Assembly (NCBI RefSeq): GCF_035084215.1
Contig: NW_027138451.1
Coordinates: 248,001-312,000, forward strand
Length of the DNA stretch: 64,000 bases
Direction of reading: 5' to 3'
DNA from: Heptranchias perlo
Taxonomy: Eukaryota
Shown here: in pieces, positions 50,201 through 62,479 of the stretch
Layout: each line of letters opens with the position of its first letter
Position numbering within the stretch: position 1 is the stretch's first letter
Translations under genes and position numbers: made by a program
The notes under the pieces: model-generated
What the model was told of the DNA's origin: nothing
Databases searched by the model: none
What the model saw: the letters and a program-made list of their open reading frames with translations, nothing else

Positions 50201-51880
50201 CAGGACTATGAGGAGAGAAGGGACAGTGGGATTATTCTGGGATTGAAGAGGACGATGTGGAAATAGAGGGTCAGTGTGATTAGTCTGGGTTTGATTCAAG
50301 AATATTAGAAGAGAGCGGGTCAGTGTGATTCTTCTGGGATTAATTCAGGTCTATGAGGAGAGAGGTGGTCAGTGGGATTAGTCTGTGATTGATTCAGGAC
50401 TATGAGGGGAGAGGGGATCAGTGGGATTAGTCTGGGATTGATTCAGCACTATGAGGAGAGAGGGGGTCAGTTTGATTATTCTGTTTTTGAAGCAGGACTA
50501 TGAGGTGAGAGGTGGTCATTGGGATTAGTTTCGGATTGATTGAGGACTATGGGGAGAGAAGTGGTCAGTGGGATTAGTCTGGGATTGATGCAGGACTATG
50601 AGGAGAGAGGGGCTCACTGGGACAGTCTGTGATTGATTCAGGGCCATGGGGACAGAATGTTTCAGTGGGTTTAGTCTCGGATTGAATCAGGACTATGAAG
50701 AGATAGGGGGTCAATGGGATTAATCTCGGATTCATTCAGGATTAGGGGAGAGAGGAGATCCGTGGGATTAATCTAGGATTGATTCAGGACTATGAGGAGA
50801 GCAGGGTCAGTGGAATTAGTCTGTGATTGATTCAGAACTATGAGGAGAGCGGGGTCAGTGGAATTAGTCTGAGATTGATTCAGGACGATGTGGAGAGAGG
50901 GGGTCAGTGGGATTAGTCTAGGATTGATTCAGGACTATGAAGAGATAGGGGGTCAATGGGATTAGTCTCGGATTCATTCAGGATTAGGGTGAGAGGAGAT
51001 CAGTGGGATTAATCTAGGATTGATTCAGGACTATGAGGAGAGCGAGGTCAGTGGGATTAGTCTAGGATTGATTCAGGACTATGAGGAGAGAGTGGGTCAG
51101 TGTGGTTATCTATGATTGATTCAGGACTATGAGGAGAGAGTGGGTCAGTGTGGTTATCTCGCATTGATTCAGGACGATGTGGAGAGAGGTGGTTAGTGGA
51201 ATTAGTCTGGGATTGATTCAGGACGATGTGGAGAGAGTGGGTCAGTGTGGTTATCTAGCATTGATTCAGGACGATGTGGAGAGAGGTGGTTCGTGGGATT
51301 AGTCTGGGATTGATTCAGGACTATGAGGATAGAGGGGGTCAGTGGGTTTAATCTGGGATTGATGCAGGACATTTGGGAGAGAGGGTGTCAGTGGGATTAG
51401 TCTGGGATTGATGCAGGACTATGAGGAGAGAGGGGCTCACTGGGACAGTCTGTGATTGATGCAGGACTATGAGGAGAGAGAGGGGCGGTGGGATTAGTCT
51501 GGGATTGATTCAGGACGATGAGGAGAGTGGGGGTCATTCGGATTAGTCTGTGATTGATTCACGACTGTGAGTAGAGAGTGGGTAAGTGGGATTAGTCTGG
51601 GATTGTTGCAGGACTATGGGGAGAGAGCGGGGCAGTTGGATTAATTTGGGTTTGATTCAGGACTATGGGGAGAGGGCGACGCAGTGGGATTAGTTTGGGA
51701 TGGATGCAGGTCTATGGGGTGACAGTGGGCGAGTGGGATGAGTTTGGGATTGATACAGGACTGTGGGGAGACAGCGGGCAAGTGTGTTTACTTTGGGATT
51801 GATGCTGGAATATGGGGAGACAGTGGACCAGTGGGATTAGTTTCAGATTGTTGCAGGAATATGGGGAGAGAGGGGGCCGA
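46900..51880. repeat. About 5-kb array of 49-bp G-rich satellite
   Basis: Consensus GGGATTAGTCTGGGATTGATTCAGGACTATGAGGAGAGAGGGGGTCAGT, roughly 100 copies. Confidence 0.97.
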
Positions 51881-52759
51881 CGCAGTTTCTTTGTGTATGT
51901 CGGTAATCGAAGCAAAATTTCTGTTACCGGTCAATGATACCGATTAAGTGAAAAAGAATTGAAAGGCAAGTCGCTTTTTAAAAAAATGAATGTATAAATG
52001 CTTTTCACTGTGGAGAATAACAGAAATAACATCTCTGGGCAGCGCCGTGTGTCGGTACACGTCGACAATAATTAATGGTTTCTCAGTAAGTTTCCTGTTT
52101 TGTTGGACTCTGTGTCGCCATGAAAATCGTTCACCAACGTTATCATCAGCATTTCGTTTTCCTGAGCTGCTTCCGCTGCTTGATCAAGAAGTCTCAGTCA
52201 CAAAAAAGGGAGCGATTAATCTTTCTCATCAAATCGCTGACATTTAACTGCCACAATGTGTACGATAACAGTGGGTCAGAAAAAAATCATAAAATCGCTT
52301 CTCAGAATTGTGGACGATGTCAATTTAACTACATATTTTTACAAAAGATTATCTATCCCGCTATCCCCAATAAATTCCATTGCTGCAACCGCACTGTCCG
52401 GATTTTCCTTTCTTGAAACATTACTCCCCTGTCGAGTTCACTGCTTTTACTCAGCCCGGGGTGTGCTCCACACTGAGGAGACCAAACGCACATCAGGTCA
52501 CTGCATTGCCCAACACATTCGTTCTATCCCCCATTGTCACAAGGACTGCTACGTTTTTCAACACATTCACCACCCTGTACCATGTATTAGTGAATACACA
52601 AATACAGAACTGTCCAATATTATAGTTTAAACATAATATTCAATGTAAACCAGACGGCAGGAGATCGAAACACGGCCTGAACCTGGAAGTGTATTTAATC
52701 GTTTGTGTTTTAACAATCTGGATAATTGCCTCCCATTCGGATCAATGAAACTTCTGTTA

Positions 52760-52985
52760 TATTGATTATTAATTCTTATTATTGTTATTAATATTAATAC
52801 TGTTATTGTTATTATTACTGTCCTTACTATTATTATCATTATTGTTATTACTATTATTATCATTACTGTTACTATTACTGTTATGACTATTATTATCATT
52901 ATTTTTATTATTACTGTTAATACTATAATTAACATTAATGTTATTATTACTGTTATTAGTATTACTTTGTTTACTATTATTGCTG
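52760..52985. repeat. (TTA/TTG/CTA)n trinucleotide microsatellite
   Basis: Degenerate ATT repeat; it explains the poly-I and poly-N ORFs here. Confidence 0.95.
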
Positions 52986-53519
52986 CAAAACACCAGGCCA
53001 CAAGACGGCAAAGCCTGCAGCCAAACGGTGACCGTCGCTCCACGGGCGATGTGATGAGATTTGAAACTTTACAGAATCACATTTCACAATTCCGTGCGGT
53101 AACGTTGTGATCACTTATTCAGCGCACGAACATGTATGAAAGTTTCTTACCGTGTTCTATATTTTCCGGGAGTTTACTCACTTATCACTCACGGCTACCC
53201 GGCCTGTGCTGCCTTGGTTGGAGTTACAGTGGAACCGCTCCAATCGGCCTCTGAGCTTTTTGCCTGCGGAGCACAACCCGCTCTTTGCTTCCTGCTGTCT
53301 CCGCCACCCTGCGACTCCAGTTAATAAAAAGATTGAAGCGCCCCTGGCGGATGAAAAGTTTATTCACCCTTATCCCTCCAATCAGGCATGAAGAAGAGGC
53401 ACTTCGTTATGACCTGGAACCTGTCAGTGTTTGAGGAAACGTAACCCAGCGAGGCCGGTGACCTTCTGCCGAAGGAGGATGAAAGTGAAGGCGGCGTTTG
53501 ATAGGAGCAAGCGATATTA

Positions 53520-53950
53520 CAGAGTATGACATAGGATTTATAGCACAGAAACCGGCCATTCGGCCCGATAGGCCTATGTCGTTGTTTACGTTCCACACGG
53601 GCATCCTCCAAATTATTTCATCTCATCCTATCATCATATCCTTCTATTTCTTTCTCCCTCATGTACTTATCTAGCTTCCACTTAAATGCATCTGTACTAC
53701 TCGCCTCAACCATTCCATGTGGTAGCGAGTTCCATATTCTGACCATGATCTGGCTAAAGTAGATTCTCCTGAATTCCCTGTTGGATTTATTGGTGACTAT
53801 CTTTTTTATATGGCCCATAATTTGAACAGTTTTGGACTCCACCACAAGTGGAAACCTATTTTCTACATCTGCCCGAGAGAACCACTCCCTAATTTTAAAG
53901 ACCTCTATCAGGTCACCCTTCTCTTTTCGAGAGAAAATAGCCACAGCCTG
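53520..53950 (-). mobile_element. CR1 3' end
   Basis: GDLIEVFKI...VRIWNSLP...FKWKLDKYM. Confidence 0.85.
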
Positions 53951-54339
53951 TTTCATTTTGATGTAAGATGGCTGTCCACAAACATAACTGAGAGTTTCAA
54001 CAGATGCCTTCAGTGACAGTAGATTATAAAAGGAGGATTAATAAAACAAATAATTCAATGATTTCCAGTTTATTCAATATTAACAAATTGAGGGCACAAT
54101 TCAAAGGCGATTGTTATGGCCCAGAAACCCGACTTTAATGAAAGGAAAGAAGGAATTTTGTTTCTAAATAACAATTTGCTACGCCCTCTGCGCACTTCAT
54201 AACCAACGTATATTTTTGCTTTAGATACAGAATGCTGTTTGATCACACCCATCAGTGAATGGTCTGTTAATATGATCGTGGTGGCGTTAGTCGAGGGAGA
54301 ATGATAGCTGGCACAGAGCTCAATCACTTTCTCTCCTTT

Positions 54340-54812
54340 CAATAGATCAATAGGATCTCAATGGATTGATAGGATCTCAATAGAGCAATAAGATCTCAAT
54401 AAAGTGATAGGATCTCAAAAGATTGATAGGATCTCAATACTGATAGGATCTCAATTGATTCATAGGATCTCAATAGAGTGATAGTATCACAATAGAGCGA
54501 AATGATCTCAATAGAGTGACAGAATCTCAAGTGGAGCGGTAGGACCTCAATAGGGTGATCGGGTTTCAATAGACTGAAAGGATCAAAATAGAATGATACG
54601 ATCTCGACAGAGAGATAGGATCTCCATGGAGTGATAGGATCTCAATGGAGTGATACGATCTCAATAGAGAGATAGGATCTCGTTAGAGAGATAGGATCTC
54701 AATAGAGTTTTAGGACCTAAATAGAATGCTATGATCTCGACAGAGATAGGATCTCCATAGAGTGATAGGATCTCAATGGAGAGATCGGATCTCAATCGAG
54801 AGATAGGACCTA
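54340..54812. repeat. About 19-20-bp minisatellite
   Basis: GATAGGATCTCAATAGAGT repeated more than 20 times. Confidence 0.93.
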
Positions 54813-54867
54813 CCCGATAACACTTTTGACCAGTTTGCTGTCGTCAGTCCCTGTCTCATTTAATTAA

Positions 54868-55066
54868 GATGTGGAGATGCCGGTGATGGACTGGGGTGGA
54901 CAAATGTAAGGAATCTTACAACACCAGGTTATAGTCCAACAAATTTATTTTAAAATCACAAGCTTTCGGAGATTATCCCCTTCATCTGACGAAGGGGATA
55001 ATCTCCGAAAGCTTGTGATTTTAAAATAAATTTGTTGGACTATAACCTGGTGTTGTAAGATTCCTT
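54868..55066 (+). mobile_element. Palindromic Penelope-like mini-element with 11-bp target-site duplication and a hammerhead-like core
   Basis: CATTTAATTAA at 54857-54867 and 55067-55077; inverted repeat 54908-55066; CTGACGA-A-GGGGA(TAA)TCTCC-GAAAGCTT at 54986-55014. Confidence 0.75.
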
Positions 55067-55079
55067 CATTTAATTAAAG

Positions 55080-56305
55080 TTACCTTACCATAATTTAAAA
55101 TCTTAGTAACTGTTACGTTTCTCCGTTTCAATCCTAATATTGAATTCGATCATATTATGACCACTGACAGAAAATGTTCACTTACTGTTGGATTTTCAAG
55201 TCTGTCTGGCTCTTTATTCATTATTAATCTAGTCTGACCTTGCCTATTGTTGGTGCGATAACATTTGGCTCTAGAAAGTTATCTTGAATGCACTCAAGAA
55301 ATTCACTTCCTGTCTGACTTGATCTACTCGGCTCTTCCCAATCTAAAAGAAAAACATCTCTGCTTTTGTTACAAGCCTCTCTAGTCGCTGAATTACATGG
55401 AATTAGACAGGATTTACAGGGCATGAAACAGAACATTCGGCCCAACATGTCCAAACCTGTGTTTATGATCCACACGAGCTCTACCCTTCTTCATCTGACC
55501 CCATCAACATATCCTTATATTCCTTTCTCCATCGTGTGTTTATCCAGCTTCGCCTTAAATACGTATTTGCTACTCGACTCAATTGTTCCTTGTGGAAGCG
55601 AGTTCCACATTCTAACCACTCCCAGGGTAAAGATGTTTCCCCGGAATTCCCTACTGGGTTTATTGGTGACTATCTTATATTGATGGCCCCGATTTCAGGT
55701 CTCCCCCGCAAGGGGAAACATCTTCTGTTCGTCGACCCTACCAAGCACTTTCATGATCATAAAGACTACTTTCGGTCACATTCAGTCTTGTCCTTTGAAG
55801 ATAAGAGAGCCTCAGCCTGTTCAGTCTTTCTGAATAGGTATAAACTCTCAGTTCCGGTATCATCCAAGTAAATATTTTTTGCAACTTCACCATTGCCTCG
55901 ATATCCATTTTATAATATGCATACAAGAACTGTTCACAGTACTACAAGCGTGGTCTAAGAAAGGTTTTATTCAAGTTTAAAACAACTTCCTTGATTTACA
56001 ATTCTATCCTTTTAGAAATGAACACAGCAACATAGGAAGAAAGGAATAGGATTCGGCCATTCAACCACTCGGGCCTGTTCCGCCATTCAATGAGATCATG
56101 GCTGTTCTGTGACCCATCTCGATATGCCCGCCTTAATCCCATATCCGTTATAACCTTTGGTTAAAAAAAATTCTCTCACTCTCAGATTTAAAATGAACAA
56201 TCGAAGAAGCATTAACTGCCGTTTGTGAAAGTTCCAAAATTTAACAACCCTTTGCGTGAGGAAGTGTTTCCGAACTTCAATCCTGAAATCCAGGCTCTAA
56301 TTTTT
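55080..56305 (-). mobile_element. Several nested CR1 fragments
   Basis: FLECIQDNFL endonuclease piece; two CR1 3' tails at about 55400 and 56030. Confidence 0.8.
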
Positions 56306-56307
56306 AG

Positions 56308-58800
56308 GAACATAGGAACACAGGAACATAAGTAGATCATTCAGCCCCACGTGCCTGCTCCGCCATTTGATAAGATCATGGCTGATCTGTGATCGAGCTC
56401 CATATACCTGCCTTTGGCCCATATCCCTTAATACCGTTGGTTGCCAAAAAGCTATCTGTCTCACTTTTAAATTTACCAATTGAGTTGGTACCAATTGCCG
56501 TTTTGCAGAAGAGAGTTCCAAAGTTCTAGGACCCTTTGTTTGTAGAAATGTTTTGTAATCTCACTCCGAAAAGGTCTGGCTCTAATTTTTAGACTGTGCC
56601 GCCCTCCTCCGAGAATCCCCAACCAGCGGAAATAGTTTATCTACATCCTCCATATCCGTTCCCCTTAACATCCAATAAAAGTCGATCAGATCACGCCTTA
56701 ACCTTCTAAACTGTAGGGAATACAACCCCAATTTGTGTAATCTCTCCTCGTAACTTAACCCTTGAAGTCCGGGTATCATTCCAGTAAACCTACGCTGCAA
56801 TCCCTCCAAGGCCAATCTGTCCTTCCGAAGATGCGGTGCCCAGAACTGCTCACAGTACTCCAGGTGCGGTCTAACCAGGGTTTTGTATCGCTGCAGCATA
56901 ACTTCTGCCCCCTTGCACTCCAGTCCTCCAGATATAAAGGCCAGCATTCCATTCGCCTTCTTGATTACTTTCTGCACCTGTTCATGACACTTCAATGATC
57001 TATGCACCTGAACCGCTAAGTCCCCTTGGACATCCACTGTTTAAAATTTTTTTACCATTTGGAAAGTACCCTGTTCTCTCATTTTTTTGATCCAAAGTGG
57101 ATGACCTCACATTTGTCGACATTGAATTTCATTTGCCACAGTTTTGCACATTCAGCAAATCTATCAATATCGCTTTGTTATGTTATGTTTTCATCTACAC
57201 TGCTTACAATGCCACCAATTTTTGTGTACTTTGGCAAACTTAGATATGAGACGTTCTAAACCTTCATCTAAGTCGTTAATAAATATTGTGAATAATTGAG
57301 GCCCCAAGACAGATCCCTGCGGGACTCCACTAGTCACATCCTGCCAATGTGATTACTTATCCATTATCCCTACTCTCTGTCGCCTTTCGCTCAGCCAATT
57401 TCTGAACCAAGCCCGTACTTTTCCCTCGATTCCATGGGCTTCTAACTTAGCTAACAGTCTCTTATGTGGGACCTTATTAAATGCCTTCTGGAAGTCCATA
57501 TAAATAACATCCATTGACATTCCCCGTTCCACTACGTTAGTCACCTCTTCAAAAAATTCAATCAGGTTTGTCAGGCACGACACACCTTTCCTAAATCCAT
57601 GCTGGCTCTCCATGATTAACTGAAATTCTCGAGGTGTTCAGTCACGCTATCATTAATTATAGACTACAGCAATTTCCCCACAACAGATGCTAGGCTAACT
57701 GGTCTATAATTCCCCGGTTTCCCTCTCTCTCCTTTCTTAAAAAGCGGAGTGACATGTACAATTTTCCAATCCAGAGGGACAGTTCCTGAATCTGGAGAAC
57801 TTTGAAAGATTATAGTTAGAGCATCCGCAATGTGCTCACTTACTTCCTTTAAAACCCTGGGATGGAAACCATCTGGTCCTGGGAATTTCTCACCCTTTAG
57901 TGGTGTTATTTTCTTCATTGCTGTTGTTTTACTTATGTTAATTTTATCGAGTCCCTGTCCCCGATTCAATATTAGTTTACTTGCGATATGCGGCATCATA
58001 TCCTCTTTTTCTACTGTAAATACTGACGCAAAGTCCGCCATTTCCACATTGTCATTGACAATATCCTCACTTTCAGTTTTTAAGGGGTCAACACTGCTCC
58101 TGTCCACCCTCTTTTTCCTAATATAACCATAAAAGTTATTTGTATTGGTTTTGATATCCCTTGCAAGTTTCTTTTCAACTCTCTTTTTGTAGCTCTTACT
58201 ATCTGTTTTGTGACCCTTTGTTGATCTTTGTATCTTTCCCATTCTCCAGGAACTGTGCCATTTTTTTGCCTATTGTATGCCCTTTCCTTACATCTTATAC
58301 TGTCACGTACCTCTTTAGTTGTCCATGACTGTTTTTTTTGGCAAGTAGAGTTCTTGCCCCTCAGAGGTATACACCCGTTCTTTATCTCGTTAAATGTTTC
58401 TTTAAACATTTTTCACTGATCATCAGTCGTTTTACCCATTAACAGATTAGCCCAGTTTACTGTGGACAGTCTCTGTTTCATCACATTGAAGTCAGCCTTA
58501 CCCAAGTCTAGAATCTTATCAGCCGACTCAACTTTTTCCCTTTCAAACATTACATTGAACTCGATCATGTTATGGTCGCTGTTGGATAGATGTTCGCGTA
58601 CAGTTAAGCCGTTATTAAATCCACTTTATTATTCATTACTAAATCTAGCATGGCTTGACCCCTTGTTGCCATTAGGACATACTGCTGTAGAAAACTATCC
58701 AGGACACAATCAAGAAATTCACTACCTTTCCGACAGTTGCTAGTCTATTTTCCCAATCTATGTGAAGGTTAAAGTCCCCCATTAAGTCCATTATGCCATT
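56308..58800 (-). mobile_element. Long CR1 ORF2 (endonuclease, RT, 3' tail), frameshifted
   Basis: PGPDGFHPRVLKE, NYRPVSL, SQHGFRKGVSCLTNLIEFF and RPHLEYCEQFWAP motifs. Confidence 0.95.
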
Positions 58801-58969
58801 ATATCTGAGGAATGAGAGAGGCTAAGACTGTATTTGAAGCGATCTATAGGCCTGCAGATAGCAGCAGTGAAGTGACACAGGGATATGGGGGTACAGATAC
58901 ACAAATCACTAAAAGTATCGATGAAGGTTAACAACGCCATATCAAAGCATCAAAGCAATTAAATAGCTG

Positions 58970-60510
58970 GATGTGAGTAGGCAGTGCAGAATTTACGGAT
59001 GTAAAAATGCGGATATTGGACAAGCATGTTGCAAAGACAGATTGGTTTAATTGGGGGATTTTAACTTTCATATAGATTGGGATAAGCAGACGAGCTCGTG
59101 TCAGAAAGCAGCGAATGTCTTCAGTGTGTTCAAAACAGCTTTCTTTACTAATATTTCCTGGAACCAACAAGGGGACAGGACATATCAGCTGTAATAATTA
59201 TTAAAGTGCCAGACTTAGTTAACAGCCGAAACGTACGTGAATATTTATCTAATACCAATCATAATATGATCGAGTTCAACGTTGCGTTTGAAAGGGAGAA
59301 ACCCGTAACAGCTGCTGAGATTCTAAGTCTAGGTCAGGCCGAACTCAACGAGATGAGACAGACAATGTCCAAATTAAACTGAGCAAATCTGTTAATGGGT
59401 AAAGATAAAGATGATCAGTGGGAGGTGTAAAAAAAAAAGAATTTAACGTGATACTGAACCAATTTATACTCTTAAGGGGCGAGAGTTCAACTTGCCAAAA
59501 AAAACATGGGCGACAAAAGAGGTAAGGGACAACATGAAAATAAAAGAAAAAGCAGACAAAAAAGCAAAAAATAGCACGGATCCTGGCGAATGGGACAGAT
59601 ACAAAGAAGAGAAAAGGATGACAAAACAGATAGTAAGAGCCACAAGAAGGGTCCATGAAAAGAATCTTGCAAGGGATATCTAAATCAACAGCAAAAATGT
59701 TTACAATTATAATAGGAAAACGAGGGTGAACAAGAGCAATGTGGGCCCCTTAAAAACTGATACATTGTAATTGAAAATAAAGAAATGACGTGATGTTAAA
59801 CCATTACTTTGCGTCACCATTTACAGTGGAGGAAGAGGAGAGCAACCCAAGGGAATTAATTTTGCATCAGGGACGGGGACGAGCAAATTAACAGCAATGA
59901 AGAAAATAATGACACGAAAGAGTGAAAAATCGCCAGGACCAAAAGATTTCCATCTGAGGGTTTAAATGAAGTAGGTGAGAACATTGCAGATGCCCTAACT
60001 ATAATCTTCCGAAGTTCTTGATTGGAAAATCGCACATGTTATTCCGCTATTTATGGAAGGTGAGAGATGGAAACCGGGGAATTATACACCAGTTAGCCTA
60101 ATGTTTCTTGTCGTGAAATTACAATACTCTATATTTAAGGATAGAGCAACTGAACACGTTAAAACATTTCAGCTGATCAGAGAGACACAGTATCGATTAG
60201 TAACGGGTAAGTCACGCCTGACAAATCTGATTTTTTTCAAGAGGTGACGAAAGTGATGGACAGTTGACTGTCTATGGATGTTGTTTATATGAACTTCCAG
60301 AAGGCATTGGATAAAGTCCATTATAAGAGACTGTTAGCTAAAATTGGGTGAGCGGCAGCAGACAGAGAGTAAGGATAATATGCAGGTGCTCAAATTGGCA
60401 CGATATGGTTAATGGTGTCCCACAGGGATCATTTGTTAAGGATTTAAATGACGGGATACAGAGCCACATATCCAAATTTGCCGATGGCGAAAAGATAGGC
60501 AGCATTGTAG
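58970..60510 (+). mobile_element. Degraded CR1 ORF2, head-to-head with the previous copy; its 3' end probably lies at about 61960-62350
   Basis: GDFNF.IDW, KPGNYTPVSL and SKFADG motifs. Confidence 0.88.
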
Positions 60511-60685
60511 GCAGTACTGCACTGAAGTATCAGCCTCGATTATCTGCTCGAATCTCTGGATTGCGGTTTGACACAATAACCGTCTGGCTCAGAATCGAGA
60601 ATTCAACCGCTGAGCCAAGGCTGACAATTTAATGGAATAAATGTTAAAAGGAGCGAACGGGAGAACAGGACGACAATAGACAGCG

Positions 60686-61849
60686 GACTCATTATCGTTT
60701 TATTTCTTAAATGCTCCTAACAACGCTTGCTGCGTTCCTTTAAGTTGATCACATATTTTTTCTCCAACCAAACCTTTTGAATTCTGTTCTTTTCATCACT
60801 CGCATTTTGTTCCATTTTGTTACCCAGTAACATTGATAACGTATCCCATTTTTAACATGTTATTAGCTCAGACCTCTCTGTTTATTCACGCATCTCTTGG
60901 TTTGCAAAACTCAATTGTTTCCTATTGGGAGAATGTTTAAGTTGTACCTCACTCATGTCTTATTGAACCTTTACCAATCTGTGTTCACATTTATCTCCTG
61001 AAAATGCCACCGCAGAGTTTATAACCATTTATTTAATCTTATTTTGTTACAACCTCCCTGATTATCCCTGGAATCTCTGTCAGTGATGTGACTCATTCAG
61101 CCTTTACCCTGTTCTTTATCAATCCGGTATTTAGCCGGCCACACAGCTGGACCCGTTCAATTTGCTTTCATTCCAGCCGATTAAATGGGGCCAGTTCCAC
61201 TATCAAGCGGGAAACACACCGGCGGAGATTGGCTGGTTAAAGTATCCTGTAACACCCAATGATCCCATCATTCTTTGCAAAGAAAGGGGGTTTTGAAAAT
61301 AATGATGCTTAACAGGAAATGACCCGCTTGATAGTGGAACTGGCCCCATTTAATCGGCTGGAATGAAAGCAAATTGAACGGGTCCAGCTGTGGGTCCGGC
61401 TAAATACCAGATGGATAAAGAACAGGTTAAAGGCTGAATGGTTCACATCACTGACAGAGATTCCAGGGATAATCAGGGAGGTTGTGACAAAATAAGATTA
61501 AATAAATGGTTATAAACTCTGCGGTGGCATTTTCAGGAGATAAATGTGCACACAGATTGGTAAAGGTTCGATAAGACATAAGTGAGGTACAACTTAAACA
61601 TTCTCCCAATAGGAAACAATTGGGTTTTGCAAACCAAGAGATCCGTGAATAAACAGAGAGGTCTGAGCTAATAACATGTTAAAAAGCGGATACGTTATCA
61701 ATGTTACTGGGTGACAAAATGGAACAAAATGCGAGTTATGAAAAGAACAGAATTCAAAAGGTTTGGTTGGAGACAAAAATATGTGATCAACTTAAAGGAA
61801 CGCAGCAAACGTTGTTCGGAGCATTTAAGAAATAAAACGATAATGAGTC
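60686..61849. repeat. Long inverted repeat: about 526-bp arms (60686-61211 and 61323-61849) with a 111-bp spacer
   Basis: GACTCATTATCGTTTTATTTCTTAAATGCTCC... is mirrored by ...GAGCATTTAAGAAATAAAACGATAATGAGTC; the arms match throughout with scattered substitutions. Confidence 0.95.
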
Positions 61850-62479
61850 TAAGGGAGGTTGTGCATACAGAGTAAAGCAACATCAGAGCGTTTATATAGG
61901 GAGGGGGAACTGGGACTCTCGCACAGGCGATATGTTGGCAGATCCTCTTTGAGCTCTCACGCAGGCGCAGAAGGTTAAGTGGTGATTTGATTGTTTTGTT
62001 TTCGGATTTTGAAAGGAATTGATGCAGTAGATCGAGAGAAACATTTTTCGCTGCTGTAGGAATCTATGACAAGGGGGCATAACCTTAGAATCAGAGTCAG
62101 GTCATTCAGTAGAGAATTTTGGAAAGGGGTGGTCGAAGTGTGGAAATAGCTCGCACTAAAATCAATAGTTACTCGCTTAATTAATAACTTTAAACCTGAG
62201 ATCGATAGATTTTAGCAGCAAAGGATATTAAGGGTTATAGAGCCAAGGCGGGTAAATGGAGTTAGGATACAGATCAGCCCTGATCTCATTGAATGGGGAA
62301 CAGGCTCGAGGGACTGAATGACCTGTTCCTGTTCCTATGTTCATATGTATAGATCATGCTGTCTTTGTCACATATTTCCCAGTGTTGTGTTTGGGAAACG
62401 TCGGGAAGCAGAGCCCGCCTGTTGGGGCCCGCTAACCCAATCGAGGAGCACAGGATGGGATATGAGACGGAATACAGTT

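Noticed and set aside
46900-51880. 49-bp G-rich array as an equivalent of mammalian S-gamma switch regions
   Set aside because: It lies 3' of TM2 rather than upstream of a C region, the consensus lacks AGCT, and it appears to derive from a CR1 3' UTR. The matching unit length is probably coincidental.
52627-53110. Ile-rich TM-like and Asn-rich ORFs
   Set aside because: These are translations of an (ATT)n microsatellite.
53200-53290. Hairpin followed by a T-run, a possible small ncRNA
   Set aside because: I could not match it to any snRNA, tRNA, Y or vault RNA, and the pairing is short. An Rfam search would be needed.
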